Notes: generated from the letters alone by a model not told the origin. Shown: positions 22,845-34,856, counted from the first letter of the whole stretch. The stretch is DNA of 63,609 bases, filler included, from Cladosporium halotolerans (GCF_011745625.1; 42 parts of 42 records of this genome joined end to end with filler, not necessarily neighbours in it); one strand, 5' to 3'. Made by a program: numbers and translations.

Positions 22845-23624
22845 ATGAATGAAACATCGTACACAATCAATCATGCTGGCTACACCGTCCATCGCGAAGC
22901 AGCTCGATTCCGGATCCTCGACGGAAGCGATGCACTCAAGAATCTATCGGTCACAGATGAAAATACAAGTCAATAGGTCTTCGTGTCGACATTGGCAATG
23001 TGTGGTTAGGTGGCACACCTGTGGTACAGAAAGGTCGAGCTCTGTGCTTCGCTGCAGCCTACGGCGACTATACCTTCATTCGAAGAGCAGGGGAAGATGT
23101 GATCGAAGTAGAGGGACCGGGCATAAGCGTGCCCATGAAATGGGACTCGTCGTTCCGAACCTCGACTCCCGGCTACAAGCGTGTCATCATGCAGGGGGGG
23201 AATATCGACGTTGGAGGAGAATGCATTGTACGTCAGGGAGCTCTTTTTGGACACGGCATCCAGATGCCCAATCTTCCGGCAGACACATCTTCCAATCACA
23301 ACAACTCACGGCTCACCGATCTTCAAGAACTGCGATATCCGGTCACGAACAATGATTGGACGTACTCTCAGCCGGAAGAAGTTGCACCGCTTTTCTGCAT
23401 CAAGCGCGGAAATCGATGCATCACTCGATTTCCAGAGTACTTCCGATACGATGGTCCCCTTGTTTTCAATAAGATCATTGGCCTTGGTGCAACAGATATT
23501 TCGTCCAACGGAGATCATGCATTTAAACGCGGGAATGCGTGGATCTTGGGCGAGCAAGTCATCAAAGACCACAAAAAATTAGAGCAAGGGATGCCGAGAG
23601 CACCAGCTCCCCAAGTAAACATGG
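22845..23624 (+). pseudogene. Unassigned protein with internal repeats, frameshifted copy
   Basis: Homologous to 57964..58446. One base is missing near 22960, giving an early TAG, and the downstream frame continues as ORF 23000..23680. Confidence 0.55.
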
Positions 23625-23724
23625 NNNNNNNNNNNNNNNNNNNNNNNNNNNNNNNNNNNNNNNNNNNNTTAATTAATTAANNNNNNNNNNNNNNNNNNNN
23701 NNNNNNNNNNNNNNNNNNNNNNNN

Positions 23725-24304
23725 GCAATGGTCTCGACGGTTCATTTTGGATTCGTCTGCAGTAAAGAGCTTCGCATTCTCTATTGGACACTGGTAAGCC
23801 CATGCATGCATGCATGCATGCATTCAAGAGCATGAGTGAGCCCAAGCGTTGACGCCCAGGAAGATCAGCTTGTCTGCGCTGTGTTGCGGCAGGACCATAC
23901 TAGGAACAGACTTTGCATCAGCAAGGCTCAGGAAGCGACGCACCATCTTCTACGCCGCGTTCGGCTCCCTCTCGGTATTGTTTAAGAGCCACGGTGTCAT
24001 CATGTATGGCTGGCGGCTGCAATACGTGCGCATGTCGCTTTCTTGGATGTGTTGGACGGCCGTGGTAAACATTTGTGGTGCGATCATATACGCAATGCGA
24101 GTGAGTAGCCACCGGGCTCCTCGATTGCACCGCTCCACTAACTCTGTCAGCTCCCAGAACCGAAAATGGCCGCGTCGCTTCGACGTGTGGGGTTCGAGCC
24201 ATCAAATATTCCATCTTTTTGTTCTCCTCGCAGCTTGGTTGCATCTTCAAGGCTTGACACAGGCGCTCGCTGCCGTGAGTGGTACGGCAGGCTCGTGTCA
24301 GTAA
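23725..24304 (+). CDS. PAQR/hemolysin-III (HlyIII) family membrane protein, 3' part; +1 base after the last intron
   Basis: GAIIYAMR, then WPRRFDVWGSSHQIFH. One intron starts at 23793 (GTAAGC) and another spans 24101..24150. A (CATG)n microsatellite lies at 23801..23823. Confidence 0.85.
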
Positions 24305-25166
24305 CGATCCCGCGTGAATAAGTCTGCAGCTGGAGCGTGGGGTTGTGTTGCTCACCTTATGACGCTTTCAGCAGTCCCTTGGAAATGAATGTGTTGTGCG
24401 GCCACAGATCTTTGGACGTCCTGTTCCCTCCTATAGGATGGTCTTGCTATTCTTGGGATTGGACACGGGTGCGCTGTGGAAGGTCGTCTATCTAGGAGAA
24501 GTGTATTCGGTCCAGATGCGACACTGAAAATGGATCCTCCCTCGAGATGTCATCGCTGCGTATCGTATGGAATGTTGTCGGGCGAGCAAGCGATGTGATA
24601 TGGAGGCGTCAGGCCGAGTGACTGAGACAAAATGCGCGGTGGGCTCTAGCTGTATCGACGAGGGCAAACGAATGATCAATGGCGAACGCGAGTGTCTTCC
24701 GCCGCTGCGATGCCGCATTAATCGGAACAGGGTGCGGTTTAGAATGGCAAGTCAGTTACTCTACGTACCGCCTGCCACCCAGGAACCCTGGATTGCGGCG
24801 CGGATAATCGATCGCGGAACTGTAGCGCGTGAGACTATAGATTTACGGTGCTGCCAGGGCGAGCCGGGAAGCAGGATAGAAGCCAAAATGCCAAGCATTT
24901 CAGTTGGACAGTCCAACCCAAATGCTTGGCATCACGTGGGATGAGTGATTGTAATCGGAAGGGTAGTGCAAGGTTAATATAGATTAAGAAAATATACTGT
25001 ACAGTCGATTGCGAAACCGGTGTCCACAATCGTAACTTCTTTCTGGTTGCCTCCCCACACGGCAGCTACCGCTCCCCAAGTTCTGGGCCGGATCCAGTCC
25101 GAGCTAATCCATATGCGGCTAGAGGCGGAGGTACGGAAGCTGCCGCGCGCGGAGCTCACCAAAATA

Positions 25167-25264
25167 TGTCGCAGGCCGAGGCACTTTGGGAATCCAAGTC
25201 GCAGATCGCAGGACAAGCTTGCCAAGACACTAGATAGAAAGGCCCGGTCTACCAGGCCGCGCGC
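25167..25264 (+). mobile_element. Possible LTR start (TGTCGCA...)
   Basis: A TGT-initiated sequence starts exactly 98 bp from the contig end, as for the other repeat termini. No partner is seen. Confidence 0.35.
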
Positions 25265-28200
25265 NNNNNNNNNNNNNNNNNNNNNNNNNNNNNNNNNNNN
25301 NNNNNNNNTTAATTAATTAANNNNNNNNNNNNNNNNNNNNNNNNNNNNNNNNNNNNNNNNNNNNATCTGAAACCAGGCTTGCCCGGTCTCGATTCCCATT
25401 GCTAGGTTTGAGAACGCTCGATCCCTGACTGAATGAACACTTACAGACATAACCCGTCTTCTTCTTTGCTCCTATACAAGCGACAGCGGTTCGAGGCACA
25501 CATGCGTGGACATGCATCTCAGGAATCTAGATAGTACGAGGGATGTCAGACGCCCATTTGCGAGGTAGGCGAATTGCATGCGTCCAGTCTAGGGCTTCGA
25601 TACCTCTGCCAGCCTTGTGAACCGGGCCTAGGCTATCTGTGCCGCGCGAGCCGGCTGGGTGGCCTCCGCCCCGGAGAAACAGGATTTGGTTCGTGCATAT
25701 ATGCACATGGGTGAAGCTAAAACGTGACCGTTTATTTCATTACGATCATGTCCCGTCTGTATCGCGTGTGGCTTAGTGGACCCCTTACCCTGGCGAATCA
25801 GATTCTGGCAATCCCTCAACGGATTAGATCTTAGTTCTTGATATCTGCAAGGCTAGCGGCAATCAAGCTCCAGACGCCCTGCCTTATCTCGATGCGTGAG
25901 CGTCGGATTGGTTACCGCCGTTCGGATCTATCGTTTGATCTTCCGAGTCAGTTCAGGATTGAACATCTCACATCATGAGCTTTTGGAATTTCGTCCAGTC
26001 TTGAGCGCAGTGTGAGTAGTCCTGGTTGTTTGATGACGGTCTTCAGTATCGAATTTCGGCGAGCTAAGACTGGGCTTCTGGGATTGCTGCTGGAGATATC
26101 AGGGCATTAGCATGCGATCCGACCAACTGAAAAGCCCGGGCTACAACTCAGTCGGCAGGAGTCTCCGCCCCTCGATTTTGAGCAGGGCTCGCCTAGGATA
26201 GCGCTAGTGCAAAAATCATCTGCGTCTTCTAAATTTGAGCTAACACCGGTCTTTCCCAATGTCGTTAGCACCCTTGCATGTGTGCTTTCGATGGCGGGAC
26301 TGGGAGCGGGCTCGCCTTATGGCATCGTGCGAAATAAGTCGGCTATTGTATACCTCGAGGCCCTGACCTCCAAAAGTATCTACGAAATGGCCACTTCCAG
26401 CAGAATGCGACAAATTCCAGTGACTATTCGAAACATTCAATCATAGAAAGGATTGTAGTTTATTGGCTGAGTCCGCCGAGATCTTCCCATCAATGCCTAA
26501 GAAAGTAGCGAAATCATCCCAAACTTCAATAACATACCTGCAGAGAAAGGCGTAATTCTATGTCACACTTGGATCACGCCAACTCTTTTGACATTGATGA
26601 GCCACTTGGAAGAAGAAGATTTCTGCTTGCATCATCGATCAGCGTCTCTGAAGCAAGTAACGCATGGTCTCAGAATCCCATCAGCGTGCTTTAGCCACTT
26701 CACCTCTATCATGACGTCACATATGCCAGCAGGCACTGCGGACAATGACCCTGAGGGGACATCTTTCTGGTGTTCGGTGATGACCAGGTCCGCTTCTTCG
26801 CATCATTCTGTCTTCTCTGTAATGCCTCGAAGCCATTTGCGAGAATGTTAGGCTCAAACTTCAAAGAAGGGCAGATCGACAAAGCATCCACTANNNNNNN
26901 NNNNNNNNNNNNNNNNNNNNNNNNNNNNNNNNNNNNNTTAATTAATTAANNNNNNNNNNNNNNNNNNNNNNNNNNNNNNNNNNNNNNNNNNNNTTCGGAC
27001 CCTGAAACGTCAGTTTGGGGCGCCCCTCCGCCACCTTTACTGGGGAATATCATCCCCGCCAGCGAGGCGCTGAAGATCACGTTGGTGTGCCCGCACTGTG
27101 CTGATTCTGAGCTTTCGATTGATATAAACGATGACCTTGCCTGTGACAAAGTCGAAAAGGGTTAGCGTTCTTGATGTGGCTTGGAGGTGACCAGTCGAAT
27201 ATATCAATTTATCTCCAGTTCTCATTTTGTCACGACACGATGCTTATGAAGATGTGGGGTAGGTCGGGTCAACTTATGGTCTCGGAATTACTTGGTGTGC
27301 CCCACCAGTGACTAAGCTCTGGTATGTAAGAATGGAGTGTGTATGACGACCAAACATGCCAAGACGGGTTGCGGGTGAAATCTTTGTCATTTGGTCATTA
27401 CGCATCGCCCAAGTCATGACAAGGACCGTACAGGGGTACTTTTCGCCGCGACGCGCGATTCATTACTTTCTGATCACACGACGCGAGACATCAATCAACT
27501 GTATAAACACGAGAACCATACTTTGTATGGTCCCACTCAGAGTATTGGAAAGACTTTTGATGCAGTTGGCGCGCATCTTCAAGATGCCAGTGTTTTACTA
27601 AAAGGCAAACGCATGACAAGTTTGAACTCGCCCTTGACCTAGTCAAGCTCTCCCTCGATCCTTGAGCGGTCAGAATATAGAAGATATGATTATGACCTAT
27701 GGTTTAGCAGATTCAATAGAGCTGTTTAGGGCGATGAGATTGACCCAACTGAGCTGTTCAATAATCGCACAAGCATTATCTCGAAGTCGTCTTTGCTCGA
27801 AAGAATCCAATAGCGGAGGTGGGCACCAGCAGATCGAAACATTTTCAATCTCGCCTACCATTGCTCTGGAATTTGACGTTGCCTTATAGGACGCGCGAAC
27901 ATCACGCGATTAAGGCGAGCTTCCTTAGGACTCGGCCTTAATGACGCACTACGACTAACCTTTCAATCTCACTTGTATCTACAGCAGACCAATCATCGCA
28001 AATACAGTACGAGTATTGCCAGGATGTAGGAACATTAGATCACCCCAGATGTTCTTATCTTCAAGCTACTGTTCGTAAAGACTGCTTGGTATCTGAAGGC
28101 CAGCGCAGAGCAGGTGGATCCCCATCGACACCATGTGAGTATTCCAAGCAAAGGATTCAGTATAGTGCAATCCATTCGGCAGTGCAATCTACTCAGTGGT

Positions 28201-28402
28201 GATGCCTAAAACGCGAAGTGAATGTATCATTTTAAGACGCTCTGTGCCATGTAGCACAAGAGGTGACGGTTCGTTGCGGACGCCGCCGACATTGTTTGTT
28301 GTTACCATTGCGGATCATACAAGCAAAGAACAGCTAATACTAATGACTGCGGGGGAAGGAAATTGTGGCGCACTGCCGCGTGGTTTGAGCGACGATTGCA
28401 TT

Positions 28403-28500
28403 CAGTGGTGTCCACAAGCAAGCAAGCGCCGTGCTTGAGGTCCGTCCGCTTGCTTGCTTGATATGCGGTATTGTGCTTGCTTGCTTGCTTGAATAGACCG
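28403..28500 (+). mobile_element. Other end of the CAGTGGTGTCCACAAGCAAGC-TIR hAT-like element
   Basis: 21-bp match to the reverse complement of 8777..8797, with GCTT repeats. Confidence 0.75.
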
Positions 28501-28600
28501 NNNNNNNNNNNNNNNNNNNNNNNNNNNNNNNNNNNNNNNNNNNNTTAATTAATTAANNNNNNNNNNNNNNNNNNNNNNNNNNNNNNNNNNNNNNNNNNNN

Positions 28601-28699
28601 GTTGTTGATGTGTGAGATACAAGTAGTGGAAGCTCCTCGACACCGGGCCCGTCAAGCGTGCCTGAGGTGTGGACGTGCTTGAGGTGGGGAAAGCTTCTA
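28601..28699 (-). mobile_element. Transposon terminus TA|GAAGCTTTCCCCACCTCAAGCACG
   Basis: 28603..28699 is identical to 43607..43703, and the flanks diverge right after the TA. Contains an internal tandem CACCTCARGCACG. Confidence 0.75.
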
Positions 28700-28817
28700 G
28701 CGTATGATAAGCTGATAACAGCTGCAGTGTTTAGGGGCAGGGACCCAGTTTCACAGCAAGGTAACAGCTGCAGCATTTAGAGGCAGCACCCCAGTTTCAC
28801 AACACCATCATCAGTGC

Positions 28818-29219
28818 TTAGAGACAATTGATTCCGTTCTGGTTTTGTAGAATGATCACCAAAAGGCCTACGGTGTATCTGCTCCCACTGTAGACAAGAT
28901 CCATTGAATCCATGGCAAATTGTTTCTCTTCTGAATCACGTTGGGGACTGCATTCCTTGGCCACCCAGAAACGGCGCACGCCTTTTGCTTTGGCGTAGGC
29001 GAAAACTTGCTCAAGTACTTGGTCGCAGACCCTGCTACGACAAGGATATCTGCCTTGAGATCCGAAGACAGCGTAGCTACCTTTGTTCGCGTCCTCGGGC
29101 CCAGGTGTAGGTGTACAGGAGTATGACATCGCAATATAGTACCTCTCCCTTTCATACTGAAATGGCTTTGTGGCGCGCAACATATGTGAACCCTCCTTGG
29201 GAACTTCGATGCACGCCAA
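28818..29219 (-). pseudogene. HET-domain (heterokaryon incompatibility) fragment, degenerate
   Basis: YYIAMSY...RFWVAKECSPQ...EKQFAMDSMDLVYSGSRYTVGLL. The conserved WID is altered to WVA and the ORF is short. Confidence 0.7.
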
Positions 29220-30348
29220 GTCCCTGAACCATGACTCCGACTTCTCATTGGCGGATCGGTGACTTGCAATGCCGAGTAAGTGGCTTATTAGTACGCATGA
29301 TGTAGTCTCTGCGGCTGCAGGGTTGCGCTACTCCATACCGTTCCAAGTTGTTCGAGACGAGGGCGTGATAAGTATGACCGAGCGCGCAGAGATATCCAGA
29401 GAGCTTTTGAGATAGACCTTTGTAGAAGAATACGATGTCGAGTATTGTCGATCAAGATCCATAATTGGCTTCTGAAAGCACTTTGGAAAGCCGGAGGCTT
29501 CCTCGGCATACTTAGGTCGCACAAAATGGAATCTCGTGTGGGCGCTTGACGAAACCAGACTAAGGTTTCTTGGGTCAAGAAATTGCGCTACTGGTTGATT
29601 ACAGTTGAGTTATCGTGAAGCTATGCGTTGTCGCGGGCGGCTGCGACAGTGGGCCGAATTCTCAGCGAGGGTGCGCGAAGCTGTATGCATTGCATCAGGG
29701 TTCACGTGGCACCTGATAATTGAGCAAAGCAGGGTTGGTCACAATATCCGCAGCAATGTTGCCGATCCAAGCGCAATGCTACTGACCGGACGCAATTCGG
29801 CTTGATGAATGGATGTGATGAAGGAGCGCAGATCGCAGCGATGGGCTGAATCCATCCAGCTTATGGCTGCATGTGCTTAAATGGCGTTCGGGCACATCAA
29901 ACGCGCTTCTGAACCTGGCAGACGCAGCGTGCACCATTGCAGATAAGCCTGGTTTCGACAGGAACGTTCAAGCCAGCTGCATGAATGACGAAAGCAACCA
30001 CTTTACTATACAAATATGTCTGTTCAATACCAGTTGTGAATGTTTGCACTTAGAGCGCTGATCAGGTCGAAGGCAAGCTCCCCTCTACTTTCGATGAGGT
30101 TTNNNNNNNNNNNNNNNNNNNNNNNNNNNNNNNNNNNNNNNNNNNNTTAATTAATTAANNNNNNNNNNNNNNNNNNNNNNNNNNNNNNNNNNNNNNNNNN
30201 NNACTACCAACCACTTACAGATCAAGTCGAACCAGCACCAGCCAGCACCAACCAAACCAGCACCGCACCAATAAGAACCGACCCAACAACATCACTGCGA
30301 ACCTCCATTAAGATGACGCAAGTGAACAACGGCTGAGACTTCTTGTAG

Positions 30349-31482
30349 AATGGTGAAGCGATTTTCACTTTCGGAACTTTGGACCAAGGTATGTACACAG
30401 TCAAAATACTCGCACAAATCCCGAGACTGATCCTCGTACAGGCTACTGGCCTGATGGTCTTTATACAGCACCCACATATGAAGCGATGGTGTACGACATA
30501 AAAGCGTTGAAGAGTCTTGGGTATAACATGCTACGGAAACATGTGAAGATAGAACCTGCCCTCTACTATGCGGCAGCTGACGAGCTCGGGATTTTGATCT
30601 TGCAGGACATGCCGTCTCTCGCGACTGCGCGCAGAGTCTTACCGAACGAGAAGCAGCAATCGGAATTTGAGCGGCAGCTTGTAGAGATGGTTACGCAGCT
30701 CAGGAGTTACACATCAATATTCGCATGGGTGAGTCTGGCAATCATCTTTCCTCTCAGTCAGCAAGACAGAAAGCTCGTGAGGTCCCGGTGAAGCCAGAGC
30801 TTGCAGTTGATGGTCTCCGAACACAGGAAATATACAACGAAGGATGGGGCCAAATCACCTCCTATAACCCAGAAGTTGGCCTCACTAATCTCGTACGCCA
30901 TCTGGATCCGACTCGCCTAGTGAATGCGGCCAGTGGATGGCACGATCACGGCGCCGGCGACTTTAGCGACAACCACCATTACACGAGCCCGCAATGCGGT
31001 ACTCCTTGGCATGATGGTAGATCCGGCCCCTTCGACTCATCTCGCATCGGCTTTCAGGGCGAGTTTGGCGGCCCCGGACATAACGTCTCTGCCGACCACC
31101 TCTGGAAGGTTCCACAGGCTATCAACGGCATCGGTGAGACATACGAGCTGTATGATACTGTTGAGAAATGGAACTATCGCGCCCATTTCCTATTGAGCGA
31201 GCTGCTTTTTCAAGTTCAGCTTTACTCTTGCGCTGGGGCCGTTTGGACTGGTGCAACTGATGTGGAGGGAGAAGTCAACGGAATGATGACCTATGATCGG
31301 CGCATTATAAGGCCAGACGTACAGAAGTGGAGGTTGGATTTGGAGGTGAGTTACGCATGTACTGAAATAACCATCTATGTTCCTCATACCCTTTTCGCGA
31401 GCAACGGTCTCTAAGCGCTGACTTCTGTCATTAGGCTCTATACGATGCCTCTAAACATCGCTCAAACACTAGTGACATCTAG
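30349..31482 (+). CDS. Glycoside hydrolase family 2 (TIM-barrel part), 3' multi-exon fragment
   Basis: Spliced reading NGEAIFTFGTLDQG|YWPDGLYTAP, GYNMLRKHVKIEP, ILQDMPS, IYNEGWGQ, GFQGEFGG and TDVEGEVNGMMTYDRR. The last exon ends at TAG 31480..31482. Confidence 0.9.
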
Positions 31483-31540
31483 AAACCAAGGAGTTTGAAT
31501 TTAGGTAGGAACGTAACCTAAGCCAGAGCTGAAGCGTGAA

Positions 31541-31683
31541 CCTCGCCAAAAGGCAACGGAGGAGAACACTGATCTCCTACTAACCCTCGCCAAAAGGCAA
31601 CGGAGGAGAACACTGATCTCCTACTAACCCTCGCCAAAAGGCAACGGAGGAGAACACTGATCTCCTACTAACCCTAAGGCGGC
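31541..31683. repeat. Three perfect tandem 44-bp units (CCTCGCCAAAAGGCAACGGAGGAGAACACTGATCTCCTACTAAC) plus CCTAAGGCGGC
   Basis: Units at 31541..31584, 31585..31628 and 31629..31672. A single unit is present at 15257..15300. Confidence 0.95.
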
Positions 31684-31783
31684 NNNNNNNNNNNNNNNNN
31701 NNNNNNNNNNNNNNNNNNNNNNNNNNNTTAATTAATTAANNNNNNNNNNNNNNNNNNNNNNNNNNNNNNNNNNNNNNNNNNNN

Positions 31784-33220
31784 ACCTACCGCGGTGGCGG
31801 GGCACTCCAGTGGAGAAATCGCGGCTGCGTACTGTACCGGCGCGATCACAAGGCAGTCCGCGTGGGAGATCGCATTCCATCGAGGACGCGAGTGCGCCCG
31901 GCTGAAAGAGGTCGCGCCCGACCTCCGAGGTGCCATGTTGGCGGTGGGACTGGGCGTGGAGGATGTGAGATCCTATTTGGACGCCCTGGCTCCGGATCGC
32001 GTAAATATTGCATGCATCAACTCCCCGAACTCAACGACTCTCTTCGGAGACGCTGTCGAGATCCAAGAGCTTCTCACCAAGCTGATCGCGAACGGGGTTT
32101 CCGCGCGGGAGTTGAGGGTGGAGAACGCCTACCACTCGCATCACATGAAGCTGGTGGCGGACCGCTACCTGGATTCGATCGCTCACGTCGCCGTTCAAAC
32201 CGAAGCCGTGCGTGCCGACGTGGCACTGCTGTCGAGTGTCACGGGGAATTTGGCGAGATCTTCCGATTTAGAACCAGAGTATTGGGTGCGGAATCTTGTA
32301 TCTCCGGTGCTGTTCTCCGACGCAGTCTCCGCGATGCTGAAAAGCACCAAAAAGACGTTTCGACGCCAGCAGGGTACTGCCGAGCCCACCGTGGATGTTC
32401 TGCTCGAGATTGGCCCACACGCGGCACTGCGCGGGCCCCTCGCGGACATACTGAAGTCTGAGGCAGTCGAGAGCGTGGCGTATGTGCCGATGTTGAATCG
32501 TGGCCGCGACGCGCTCGAAAGCGCGACGGCCGCCGCGGGCGAGCTGTGGTCGCGCGGTTGTCCGGTTGACGTCACCGCGGTCAACAACCACTCACGGCAG
32601 CCCCGCGCTCTTGCTGACCTCCCGTCGTACCCTTGGGATCGACTGAACAAGTACTGGGCCACTTCTCGTGTCACGCACGATGTCTTGCACCGCGCCTTCC
32701 CCCATCACGATCTCCTCGGGAAAAGGTTGGCCGGCTCAGACGCCCTGGCGCCGGCGTGGAGACACTTCCTGCGCTTCAGCGAAAGCCCTTGGGTCAGGGA
32801 GCATGTGGTGCACGGGTCGATAGTGTTTCCCGGAGCGGGCTTTCTTGCAATGGCCATCGAGGCGGCCTTACAGCTCGCCGAGAAGGGACGCAAGCTTGCG
32901 AATGTCAGAATGAGCGATGTCCATATATTCAAAGCCTTGGTGCTCGAGCAGGAGGAAGAGGGGGGCACAAGAACTCGTCACTCACTTCCACCGAGTGGAC
33001 CACAGGTCTGACGGCACTTGGTCCGGCTGGTGGGAGTTCTCGATCTCATGCACCAAGTCACACGTGGAGCCCGAGCGCCACGTTTCTGGTCAGATCATGT
33101 TGGAATACCGCCCGACGGAAGCCTCTTCGCAGCCGGCGAGCGACGTGGTGCACCAAGCTCAGAAGGTGAAGTACGGTAAGCTTGTGGGCTCATCAGCTGA
33201 CAGACTATGCCGTGCGGCAT
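31784..33220 (+). CDS. Highly reducing PKS fragment (AT and N-terminal DH), frameshift at the G6 run 32960..32965
   Basis: Motifs GHSSGEIAAAY, ACINSP, AYHSHHM, YWVRNLVSPVLF, EIGPH, DLPSYPWD, HDLLG and HVVHGSIVFPGAG. The frame continues as AQELVTHF...WWEFSI after removing one G. Confidence 0.95.
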
Positions 33221-33321
33221 NNNNNNNNNNNNNNNNNNNNNNNNNNNNNNNNNNNNNNNNNNNNTTAATTAATTAANNNNNNNNNNNNNNNNNNNNNNNN
33301 NNNNNNNNNNNNNNNNNNNNG

Positions 33322-34756
33322 AAGAAGTGGGATGGCGAAGTCGACGGTGTCGGAGAAGGAGAGGAGAGCGCAAGCGAAGCTAGTGACGGTGGTGGCAGGG
33401 AAGACGATGATGACGACGGAGATGATACACAAGAGGGGGAGGGAGAAGAAGTAGACCGCGAAGACAATAGTGGTGGGTCAGACAAAGAGTTGGAGGCCGG
33501 GCGGCGAGAGGGCAGAGATAGGATGAGGAGACGCGTGAGCACAGGGAGGCAGGAAGCAGCACCCAAGGCTTACAACACAGATGGATTCTGGAACACAGAA
33601 AGATTGAAGAGGGTGATGAAGAGAGAGCTGACCAAGGCTCAGGCTGGATTCGTGGTCACCCCGTCATCGTGGCGACAGCTTTATCCAGCGATCCAGAGGG
33701 TTCACTGTCCGGAAGAAGGGGTGACGAAGCAGCTGGACAAGATATATTCCGGGATCAGAGCGAAGGATCAGCAGATGCAATCCGGACACGGCAAACGGAT
33801 GGAGGATCTGATCTACGGGATATTAACGACGGAAAACCCGTTCAGCACCCAGTCGGAACAGTCAGCTTTCCGAGAGGTGAGCACATCGTGGCACAGGTTT
33901 ATAAGGTGGCCGTCAGCAGTTGCTGGGCAGACGAACGACGCAGTGGCGTTTGAAGAGCAGTCGAGACGGGCAGAAGAAGAGAGATGGGCGAAGCTGAGGA
34001 AGGTTGATCTCAACGTCGCTATTCGAGATATGCTAGGCCCCAATGCGACGTTCAGAGGTCTACAATTGGAAGGATTGGAAGCGATCATTTCAGGCGAGCC
34101 CAGGGTGGTGATGGTGATGAGGACTGGGGGAGGCAAGAGCTTGATGTTCATGCTGCCCGCGTTCTGCTCTTCGGGAGGGACTACGATTGTTGTAGTTCCG
34201 TTGATCTCGCTGCGGAGCGATCTGGAGAGGCGATGCCGGGAAGTCGGGCTCAAGGCGGGCAGGTGGCCGGAGCAAGCTGCAAGACATGCCAGAATAGTGT
34301 TGGTGACTCCCGAGAGTGCCGTGACGAAAGCGTTCAACAGGTTCATCAACGACAAGCTCGCGACCGGACAGCTCGACAGGATCGTGATCGACGAAAGCCA
34401 CGTCGTACTGGATTCTTCAGAGACGTGGAGGCCAAAAGTTCTCGAACTTTGCGAGTTCGCGACGAGGGGATGTCAAATAGTGTATCTCACGGCCACGTTG
34501 CCGCCCAAGGAAGAAGCGAGCTGGCTGGAAACAATGGGACTCGAGACGAAGATGGTTCGGATGATCAGAGACACGACGAGCCGAAGAAACATCGCTTACC
34601 AGGTAGTGGAGTATGACAAGCAAGAGGAAGAAGAGAGAGTCGCGGAGTTGGTGCGCCAGAAGCTGGATGAGCACAAGGAGGGGCAGATCATAATCTACTG
34701 CAGAAGGGTGGACCAATGCGAGAGAGTCGGAGAAGTGCTGAAGTGTCCGGTCTACC
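33322..34756 (+). CDS. RecQ-like telomere-linked helicase (TLH-type), internal fragment
   Basis: Motifs FRGLQ, TGGGKSLMFMLPA, VVVPLISL, VTPES, IVIDESH, LTATLPP and IIIYC. Upstream there is QSGH...IYG and an acidic tract. The frame is open from the contig start. Confidence 0.88.
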
Positions 34757-34856
34757 NNNNNNNNNNNNNNNNNNNNNNNNNNNNNNNNNNNNNNNNNNNN
34801 TTAATTAATTAANNNNNNNNNNNNNNNNNNNNNNNNNNNNNNNNNNNNNNNNNNNN

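Noticed and set aside
27909..27942. Imperfect hairpin ATTAAGGCGAG...CTCGGCCTTAAT
   Set aside because: Single copy with no terminator or element context.
30203..30291. Possible LTR 3' end (...CCCAACAACA) inside a GH2 intron
   Set aside because: No second copy, and the length does not fit the ~98-bp pattern.
31541..31683. 44-bp repeats as a CRISPR array or HDV-like ribozyme
   Set aside because: The units are head-to-tail with no spacers and there are no cas genes. CCTCGC/GGCAAC/CTAA resemble HDV motifs, but there is no room for the P3 and P1 strands.
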